DNA of 15,406 bases from Candidatus Sericytochromatia bacterium (GTDB lineage Bacteria; Cyanobacteriota; Sericytochromatia; S15B-MN24; UBA4093): assembly GCA_036676985.1 (NCBI GenBank), contig JAKFBU010000024.1:1-15406 (forward strand), written 5' to 3'. This document shows positions 1 to 8,868 of this stretch, piece after piece; within the stretch, counting starts at the first letter, position 1; every line of letters starts with the position of its first letter. Under the pieces are notes generated by a model, which saw only the letters and a list, made by a program, of their open reading frames with translations, searched no databases and had not been told where the DNA came from. Made by a program: the position numbers and the translations under genes.

Positions 1-837
1 GTTGGCGACGGCCGTGGTGACGTGGGCGATGTTGCGGACCTGGGACGTGAGGTTGCCGGCCAGGAAGTTGACGTTGTCCGTCAGGTCCTGCCAGATGCCC
101 GCGACCCCCTTGACGTGGGCCTGTCCTCCCAGCTTGCCCTCGCTGCCCACCTCGCGGGCGACCCGCGTCACCTCGTCGGCGAAGCGCGAGAGCTGGTCGA
201 CCATGGTGTTGACGGTGGTCCCGACCCGCAGGTACTCCCCCTTGAGCGGTCGGCCGTTGATCTCGAGGCTCATGGACTGGGTGAGGTCGCCCTCGGCCAC
301 CGCCGTGATCACCCGCGCCACCTCGCTCGACGGCTGCACCAGGTCGCTGATGAGCTCGTTGAGGGCGTTGATGCTGCTCTCCCATGCGCCGCCGACCGCC
401 CCGAGCGAGGCCCGCTCCGCCAGGCACCCGTCCTGGCCGATGACCCCGGACAACCGATCGATCTCGCAGGCAAAGCGCTCGTTGAGGCCCAGCAGGTCGT
501 TGAAGCCCCGGAAGACATCGCCGATCAGGGTCGTCTCCGGGGGGCGCAGGCGGACCGAGAAGTCTCCCTCCGCGGCGTGCTGCAGGGCGTCCCGCAGCGA
601 TTCGAGGGCCCGGTCGTCCAGCGAGGGCACGAGCGCAGGCGGCCCCTCGGCGCGGGCCGCGCAGGCCTCCATCAGTCGGTTGAAGGCTAGCGCCAGATCG
701 CTGCTCAAACCGGGCCCAACGGCCTCGACCCGCAGCGAGAAATCTCCGTTTCCGGCCCCTCGCATGGCCTCGAGCAGGGGGGACAGGTCCGATGGTTGCT
801 CTTCGGCCGACGCCATGGGCTTCGTTCGCCTTGCCAT
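1..837 (-). CDS. Soluble poly-HAMP protein, 5' part (probably a group III / OsaA-Nik1-like hybrid histidine kinase); runs off the window edge
   Basis: Not in the ORF track; translated by hand from ATG 837 with GGAAGGA 6 nt upstream: MARRTKPMASAEEQPSDLSPLLEAMRGAGNGDFSLRV...EVARVITAVAEGDLTQ...TVNTMVDQLSRFADEVTRVAREVGSEGKLGGQAHVKGVAGIWQDLTDNVNFLAGNLTSQVRNIAHVTTAVAN. The EVTRVAREVG.EGKLGGQA and W.DLTDNVN..A.NLT.QVR.IA.VTTAVA motifs mark poly-HAMP arrays. The kinase domains would lie outside the window. Confidence 0.9.
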   Translation of the reverse strand, partial: MARRTKPMASAEEQPSDLSPLLEAMRGAGNGDFSLRVEAVGPGLSSDLALAFNRLMEACAARAEGPPALVPSLDDRALESLRDALQHAAEGDFSVRLRPPETTLIGDVFRGFNDLLGLNERFACEIDRLSGVIGQDGCLAERASLGAVGGAWESSINALNELISDLVQPSSEVARVITAVAEGDLTQSMSLEINGRPLKGEYLRVGTTVNTMVDQLSRFADEVTRVAREVGSEGKLGGQAHVKGVAGIWQDLTDNVNFLAGNLTSQVRNIAHVTTAVAN

Positions 838-1099
838 GCAGCATCCTTCCAGCCCTACCGAGCGGGGCACCAGGACCACCGGACCGGCCGGCATGACCGC
901 TTCACAATCCGCAACACACCCCCTATTGTCCGCGAAGGTCTCCCGAAGGCAATGGCCGGTCCCTGATGGTTTCCGCTCCGCCGGCGCCGGCGCCATGCGG
1001 GCGGCTCGCCACGTAAATTAGCTTCTAGACTATTTCTGCCGGCGCATCGAACGCAGCTGGCAACGCCCCCTCGGCAAAAGCGACCAATCGACAAGAGAG

Positions 1100-1129
1100 A
1101 GGCGGCACGACTCACATGCCGTGCCGCCT
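1100..1129 (-). terminator. Probable intrinsic terminator downstream of the uvrA-like gene
   Basis: Perfect 10-bp stem AGGCGGCACG (1100-1109) / CGTGCCGCCT (1120-1129), followed on the minus strand by pyrimidine-rich CTCTCTTGT; 33 nt after the stop at 1163. Confidence 0.65.
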
Positions 1130-1162
1130 TGAGGTTGGACCGGACGGGGGGGCGGGGTGCGC

Positions 1163-3547
<2,385 letters not shown>

Positions 3548-3588
3548 CAATAGCTCCCTTGCGGATAACGGGGGTCGAGGCTGGGGCT

Positions 3589-3594
3589 ATTATA
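3589..3594 (-). promoter_or_regulatory. Candidate sigma70 -10 box of the uvrA-like gene
   Basis: Perfect TATAAT on the minus strand about 40 nt upstream of the ATG, in GC-rich surroundings. No convincing -35 at 17-nt spacing. Confidence 0.5.
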
Positions 3595-3744
3595 GGCCAT
3601 GACAGGCTTGCCGTCGTTTTAACATGCCTTGATGAACGCCTGTACCCGGCCTGCTGGGCTGAGGGCCCTTAGAGCCTGTCCCGGACCGACTCCTGCCCTG
3701 GCCGACCTCCGTTCGCCAGGACGCCAGGCTTGTTGCGCCGCCGA

Positions 3745-3772
3745 TGGACGCCCATTAAACTATCGTTACAAT
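3745..3772 (+). promoter_or_regulatory. Candidate sigma70 promoter for HK1
   Basis: TGGACG (3745-3750) - 16 nt - TACAAT (3767-3772) in an AT-rich patch upstream of the likely start. Confidence 0.4.
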
Positions 3773-3799
3773 CTGGCTCCGGCAATCGAGGATGAAGGG

Positions 3800-5926
3800 T
3801 TGCCTTCGCACTGGACGGGGGGTCACGCTACGTTCACTTCCGATCCGCCTCCGGCCGAAAAGGCTCCCCCGCGCGACGGGCCCTTCCGGTGGCAATGGCT
3901 CGGTTGGAGCGTCGCCGCCATGGGAGTGACCTTGCTCAGCCTGGCCATGAGCCAAGCGGGCTTCGCGTGGCCGAACGCGGGTGACCTGGTGGCCGTCCTT
4001 CCCATCCCCCTGGTCCTGGGGTCGATATTCTCCGAGTTCGTCGAGACCACGGAGGACCTGCTCACCCGCCTGGACTCCGAGGGGCGCTTCACGTACGTGA
4101 ACCCGGCATCTTGGCGCATCTTCGGCCTTTCCCCCGAGGAATGCATGGGACGATCCGCGTTCGACTTCGTCCATCCCGACGATCGGGAGCGGACCCGGGC
4201 CATCTTCGAGGCCTACCGGCAAAGGTCCGTGCGCAACCTCAAGGTCGAGAACCGCCAGGTCAGCGTCACGGGAGAGGTCCATCACATCCAGTGGACGGTG
4301 AACCAGCACTTCGAGGACTCGGGCGACTTCCGGGGCATCACGTCGATCGGGCGAGACATCACCGAGCGCAAGAACGCGGAAGAAGCCATGAGCCAGGCAC
4401 TGCGCGAGGCTCGCGACAGCGAAGCGAAGTACCGAAGTCTCTTCGAGTCCGCCGCCATGGGCATCAACCTGGTGGACCTCGAAGGGCGTACCCTTGAGTG
4501 CAACCGCGCCCTGGCGCAGATGCTCGGGTACACGACCGAGGATCTGCGCGGCATGGCCTTCACCGAATTCACCCATCCGGAGGACCGCGACCTGGACTGG
4601 GGACTCTTCCAGGGTCTGCTGGCGGGCAAGCGTGACTCCTACCAGATCGAGAAGCGCTACTACCGCAAGGACGGCCGCCTGGTCTGGGCTCGCCTGACCG
4701 TGTCGCCTATGCGCGACGCCGCCGGGCGACTCTTGAACGTGCTGGGCATGACGGAGGACATCACGGATCGCAAGGCCACCGAGGACGCCTTGCGGGCCAG
4801 CGAGGACAAGCTGCGCGCCATCATCGAGCACGCACCGGACGTCGTCTTCATCAAGGACCCCGAGGGGCGCTACCTGCTGGGAAACCCGGCGCTCGCCCGG
4901 TTCGTGGGCAAGTCCCTCGACGAGGTTCTCGGCCAAACCGACGTTTCCCTCTTTCCGCCCGAGCAGGCCCGGAAGTTCCGGAACGACGACCTGCGGGTCC
5001 TGGAGTCCGGCCGCCTCTACGTCCTCGAGGAGAACGTGACGGACGCCAGCGGCTCGGAGCGCTCGCTCTTCACCCTCAAGTACCCCTACCTCTCGCCGGA
5101 CGGACGGATCATCGGGATGATCGGCCTCGCCCGCGACATCACCGTTCAGAAGCGGACCGCCGAAGAGGTCGCCCGGCGGACGGCCGAGCGGGACCAAGCC
5201 CGTGAGCTGGCCCACCTCAAGGACCACTTCCTCTCGATGATCTCACACGAGATGAAGACCCCGCTCTCCCTGATCACGGGCTATGCCGAGCTGCTGGAGG
5301 ATCGTTGCCCGGGCGAGGACGAGATCGCGGGCATCCTGGACGGGAGCCGCCGGCTTTCGGAGCACCTCAACAAGCTGCTCGACTACAGCGCGCTGCTATC
5401 CGAAAGCCTTCCGCTCTACCGGACGGAGGTCAACCTGACCGAGATCCTGGCGAACGTCCGGGCAATGGTCGCCGAGGATCGGGAGTTCCGCCTGAAGGGC
5501 CTCCGGTTCGAGAGCGAGATCGCTCCCGGCACCCCTCCCCTCTATGCGGACTCCCGGCGGGTGACCCAGATGATCCTCGAGCTGCTCGAGAACGCCCGGA
5601 AGTTCACGGCCGACGGCGGGCGGGTCGGCATCCGCATCCGTCCCGAGGACGATGCCGTGCGGATCGACGTCTGGGACACCGGCTACGGCATCCCGAAGCG
5701 GTGCCTCAATCGGATCTGGGACGCCTTCACCCAGCTGGAGACCGAGCAGGCCAGGCGCAAGGGCGGGCTCGGCCTGGGGCTGACCATCGTATCGAAACTG
5801 GCAGAGCTGCACGGAGGCCGGATCGAGGTCGAGAGCGAGGTGGGCCAGGGGAGCCGCTTCTCGATCCTCCTGCCGAGCGAACAGGCGCTCTCGGGCCCGC
5901 CTGCGCCGCCGGGAGGCGCGACTTGA
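3800..5926 (+). CDS. Sensor histidine kinase HK1: short hydrophobic N-terminus, 3 PAS/PAC, HisKA, HATPase_c
   Basis: PAS motifs (FTYVNPA...FVHPDD, CNRAL...FTHPED, LLGNPAL), PAC ends RDITERK, EDITDRK and RDITVQK, H-box SHEMKTPL, N-box ENARKFT, G1 DTGYGI, G2 GGLGLGL. Start is uncertain: TTG 3800 (GAGG upstream) or ATG 3920. The track start at 3629 runs through the promoter-like region and is unlikely. Confidence 0.9.
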   Translation: MPSHWTGGHATFTSDPPPAEKAPPRDGPFRWQWLGWSVAAMGVTLLSLAMSQAGFAWPNAGDLVAVLPIPLVLGSIFSEFVETTEDLLTRLDSEGRFTYVNPASWRIFGLSPEECMGRSAFDFVHPDDRERTRAIFEAYRQRSVRNLKVENRQVSVTGEVHHIQWTVNQHFEDSGDFRGITSIGRDITERKNAEEAMSQALREARDSEAKYRSLFESAAMGINLVDLEGRTLECNRALAQMLGYTTEDLRGMAFTEFTHPEDRDLDWGLFQGLLAGKRDSYQIEKRYYRKDGRLVWARLTVSPMRDAAGRLLNVLGMTEDITDRKATEDALRASEDKLRAIIEHAPDVVFIKDPEGRYLLGNPALARFVGKSLDEVLGQTDVSLFPPEQARKFRNDDLRVLESGRLYVLEENVTDASGSERSLFTLKYPYLSPDGRIIGMIGLARDITVQKRTAEEVARRTAERDQARELAHLKDHFLSMISHEMKTPLSLITGYAELLEDRCPGEDEIAGILDGSRRLSEHLNKLLDYSALLSESLPLYRTEVNLTEILANVRAMVAEDREFRLKGLRFESEIAPGTPPLYADSRRVTQMILELLENARKFTADGGRVGIRIRPEDDAVRIDVWDTGYGIPKRCLNRIWDAFTQLETEQARRKGGLGLGLTIVSKLAELHGGRIEVESEVGQGSRFSILLPSEQALSGPPAPPGGAT
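4808..5870 (+). repeat. Direct repeat copy A (last PAS + transmitter of HK1), paralogous to 7754-8816
   Basis: Colinear with copy B at a constant 2946-nt offset at both ends; 4808-4924 vs 7754-7870 differ at 3 positions by my count. Confidence 0.9.
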
Positions 5927-6245
5927 ACTCCGTTCGGAGGTTGGCAGGGTCGCTCAGCAGCCTGCGCATGCGTCTGGCGCTCTTGATCGTCTTGGCCGTC
6001 GTCCCGGCCATGCTGCGGATGGGCTGGAATGCCGTCGAGGAGCGGCGCTTGGCTCTCGAGCACGCATACCTTCAGGCCTATGAATTTGGCCTCTTCTCCA
6101 AGCAGGCGGTCCTGCCCATGGCGTATCCGGTCTTCGACTCGAAGGGGCGGGTCCGGGGCGCGATCGGGCTGCGCAGCGAACCGGGCAAGGGAGCACCTTC
6201 AGGTTCACCTTGCCGATCGATGGTCGCGAAGCCGAGGTGCCATGA
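5923..6245 (+). pseudogene. Collapsed remnant of a Cache-type membrane histidine kinase (internal deletions plus a frameshift)
   Basis: TTG 5923 overlaps the HK1 stop (TTGA) with GGAGG 6 nt upstream. Reads SLRMRLALLIVLAVVPAML (TM1-like), then YEFGLFSKQAVLPMAYPVFDSKGRVRG (Cache-like), then AIGLRSEPGKG. After a 1-nt shift at 6190-6191 it reads STFRFTLPIDGREAEVP-stop (HATPase C-terminus, TGA 6243-6245). Confidence 0.7.
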
Positions 6246-6365
6246 CCTCCCGGCTCTGGCATGCCCGTTGCCGGATGGCCCGCATGCCACGAAAGCCGTG
6301 CCGCGTGTCGCCTCGTGCGGATCGCATCGACCAGCCGAGGCCGGCTGAACCCCCTGGCCATCCGC

Positions 6366-6394
6366 TTGTACTGGATACGCGAGATCAGTAAGAT
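6366..6394 (+). promoter_or_regulatory. Candidate sigma70 promoter for HK2
   Basis: TTGTAC (6366-6371) - 17 nt - TAAGAT (6389-6394), 63 nt before ATG 6458; GAGAGG precedes the ATG. Confidence 0.55.
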
Positions 6395-6457
6395 ATCACC
6401 GAGTTCCCGCGACGTGACAGCGGTGACCCATGGTTCTCGAGAGAGGACTCGCCACGG

Positions 6458-8851
6458 ATGGGAGGAACGCCAACGTTCACTTCTGATCCTCCTCCGAACG
6501 GGCAGGCCCCGGAGCGCGACCGCTTCCCCCGGTCGCAGTGGGCATGGCTGGCTGCCGCCTACGTCCTGGCCGCGTGGGTAGGCCAGTGGTTGAGCGCGCC
6601 CGATGCTGACGCGCCACCCATCGCGTTCCAGGCAGGCATTGCCTTTGGAGGCTTCTTGCTGCTCGGGAGCCGAGCCTGGCCCGGCATCTGGCTCGGGGCC
6701 CTCGTGGCAACGATCTTCACCCCCATGCCCTGGTGGACCGCCCCAGTCTTCGCCACCGGGATCACCCTGGGCTCGCTCGCAGGGTCCCAGCTCGTCAGAT
6801 TCCTGCTGCATGGCCAGCCGACTTTCGTCCGCAGCTGGGCGGTCTACGCCTTCTCGTTAGGCGCGGCGCTCGCGGCAGCGGTCAGTGCGACCATCGCTAC
6901 CCTTTGTCTGGTGGGTACCACGCCGCCGGGAAGCCTCATCGCCACCTGGCAAACATGGTGGATCGGAGACGCGCTGGGGGCGATCCTGGTAGCTCCCCTG
7001 CTGCTGAGCGCGCGAGGGCTCTCCGAGATCCCGCGAACCCCCGCCATGATTGCCGAGGGCCTGTGCCTGACCCTGTTCACGCTGGCGACGTTGCTCCTGG
7101 TCTTCGTGTGGCCGGGCCTCCATTACCCCTTGGCGTTCCTGCCCGTCCCCTTCATCCTCTGGGCGGCCATCCGCTTCGGCCTTCCCGGAGCCGCCGTTTC
7201 CATCCTGCTGCTGGCCGCCTTCAGCCTGCGCGGCACGAGCCGGGGCTACGGACCGTTCGCCGCGGACTACCTCCCTGCGGCGATCTTGCTGCTGCAGACG
7301 TTCGTGGGGGTCATCGCGCTGGCGGCCCTGGTCTTTGCGGTCGAAATCATCCAGCGCAAGCGCCTCGAGGCGTTTTTCGCCGAGTTCGTCGAAGGCACGG
7401 ACGACCTGCTCACGCGGGTGGACGACCGGGGCCGATTCACCTACGTGAATCCCACCGCCTACCGTTTCTTCGGCCTGTCCCCCGAGAAGTGCCTGGGGCG
7501 TTCCTACCTCGACTTCGTCCATCCGGACGATCGAGAGCGGACCGTCGCGATCGTCGACTCCTGGCTGCGTGGCCCGGTGACGGACATCCGGCTCGAGAAC
7601 CGGCAAGTCTCCGTCACCGGGGAGGTCCGTCACGTGATGTGGACGGTGAGCCAGGTCTTCGACTCCTCGGGCGCGGTGGTGGCGTTCACCTCGATCGGCC
7701 GGGACCTCACCCGGCGCAAGCAGGCGGAAGAGGCCTTGCGGGAGAGCGAGCAAAAGCTGCGCGCCATCATCGAGCACGCGCCGGACGTCGTCTTCATCAA
7801 GGACCCCGAGGGGCACTACCTGCTGGGCAACCCGGCGCTCGCCCGGTTCGTGGGCAAGTCCCTCGACGAGATCCTCGGCCAAACCGACGACTCGATCTTT
7901 CCACCCGAGCAGGCCCTGAAGTTCCGGACCGACGACCTGCGAGTCCTGGAGTCCGGCCGCCTCCACGCCATCGAGGACCTCGTGACGGATGCCAGCGGCT
8001 CGGAGCGCTCGTTCTTAACCCTCAAGTACCCCTACCTCTGCCCGGACGGGCGAATCATCGGCCTGATCGGCCTCGCCCGCGACATCACCGATCAGAAGCG
8101 GACGGCCGAAGAGGTCGCCCGGAGGACGGCCGAGCGGGATCAGGCCCTTGCACTGGCCCACCTCAAGGACCACTTCCTCTCGATGATTTCACACGAGATG
8201 AAGACCCCGCTCTCCCTGATCACGGGCTATGCCGAGCTGCTGCAAGATCGCTACCCCGGCCAAGAGGAAATTGCCGGCATCCTGGACGGAAGCAACCGGC
8301 TCACCGATCACCTCAACAAGCTGCTCGATTACAGCGCGTTGATATCCGACAGCCTTCCGCTCTACCGAACGGAGGTCAATCTGAGCGAGATCCTGACAAA
8401 CGTCCGGGAACTGATCGCAGAGGACCGAGAATTCCAGTTGAAGGGGCTGCAGTTCGAAAGCGCGATCGACCCGTCGACTCCTACGCTCTGGGCGGACTCG
8501 CGCCGGGTGATGCAGATGATCCTCGAGCTGCTCGAGAACGCCAAGAAGTTCACGGCGACGGGCGGGCGGGTCGGCATCCACATTTGCCCCGCGGGGGAGG
8601 TCGTGCGGATCGAGGTCTGGGACACCGGCTACGGCATCCCGAAGCAGTGCCTCGATCGGATCTGGGAGGCCTTCACCCAATTGGAGACCGAGCAAGCCGT
8701 GCGAAAAGGTGGGCTGGGCCTTGGGCTGACCATCGTCAAGAAGCTGGCCGAACTGCACGGCGGTCGGATCGAGGTCGAGAGCCAGGAGGGCAAGGGTAGC
8801 CGCTTCTCGATCCTCTTGCCTGTCGACGGGCCCAAGGCCACTGACGCATGA
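6458..8851 (+). CDS. Sensor histidine kinase HK2: MASE1 membrane domain, 2 PAS/PAC, HisKA, HATPase_c
   Basis: Multi-TM N-terminus with MASE1-like motifs (AGIA...LLLGSRAWPGIWLG, WQTWWIGDALGAILVAPLLL, PFILWAAIRFG, GYGPF), two PAS/PAC domains, H-box SHEMKTPL, ENAKKFT, DTGYGI, GGLGLGL. Confidence 0.92.
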   Translation: MGGTPTFTSDPPPNGQAPERDRFPRSQWAWLAAAYVLAAWVGQWLSAPDADAPPIAFQAGIAFGGFLLLGSRAWPGIWLGALVATIFTPMPWWTAPVFATGITLGSLAGSQLVRFLLHGQPTFVRSWAVYAFSLGAALAAAVSATIATLCLVGTTPPGSLIATWQTWWIGDALGAILVAPLLLSARGLSEIPRTPAMIAEGLCLTLFTLATLLLVFVWPGLHYPLAFLPVPFILWAAIRFGLPGAAVSILLLAAFSLRGTSRGYGPFAADYLPAAILLLQTFVGVIALAALVFAVEIIQRKRLEAFFAEFVEGTDDLLTRVDDRGRFTYVNPTAYRFFGLSPEKCLGRSYLDFVHPDDRERTVAIVDSWLRGPVTDIRLENRQVSVTGEVRHVMWTVSQVFDSSGAVVAFTSIGRDLTRRKQAEEALRESEQKLRAIIEHAPDVVFIKDPEGHYLLGNPALARFVGKSLDEILGQTDDSIFPPEQALKFRTDDLRVLESGRLHAIEDLVTDASGSERSFLTLKYPYLCPDGRIIGLIGLARDITDQKRTAEEVARRTAERDQALALAHLKDHFLSMISHEMKTPLSLITGYAELLQDRYPGQEEIAGILDGSNRLTDHLNKLLDYSALISDSLPLYRTEVNLSEILTNVRELIAEDREFQLKGLQFESAIDPSTPTLWADSRRVMQMILELLENAKKFTATGGRVGIHICPAGEVVRIEVWDTGYGIPKQCLDRIWEAFTQLETEQAVRKGGLGLGLTIVKKLAELHGGRIEVESQEGKGSRFSILLPVDGPKATDA
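7754..8816 (+). repeat. Direct repeat copy B (last PAS + transmitter of HK2), paralogous to 4808-5870
   Basis: Both copies run from AAGCTGCGCGCCATCATCGAGCACGC to CGCTTCTCGATCCTC. Confidence 0.9.
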
Positions 8852-8868
8852 ATACGACGAGGTGGCTT

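Noticed and set aside
2-1021. Plus-strand ORFs of 339 aa and 222 aa
   Set aside because: Antisense shadows of the poly-HAMP gene, with no recognisable motifs.
3601-3680. 8-bp inverted repeat GACAGGCT / AGCCTGTC, and TTAGAGCCTGTC resembling an IS5-like or MITE end
   Set aside because: Too short, with no matching partner end, target duplication or transposase.
3629-3799. N-terminal extension of HK1 given in the ORF track
   Set aside because: It crosses a promoter-like AT-rich region, has no RBS, and homology to HK2 begins only at about 3815.
6257-6300. TGGCATGC / GCATGCCA inverted repeat and a small CACG/CGTG hairpin after the remnant
   Set aside because: Short stems, long loop and no U-tract; not supportable as a terminator or ncRNA.
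6733-8799. 688-aa plus-strand and 369-aa minus-strand ORFs overlapping HK2
   Set aside because: Off-frame and antisense shadows with no domain motifs.
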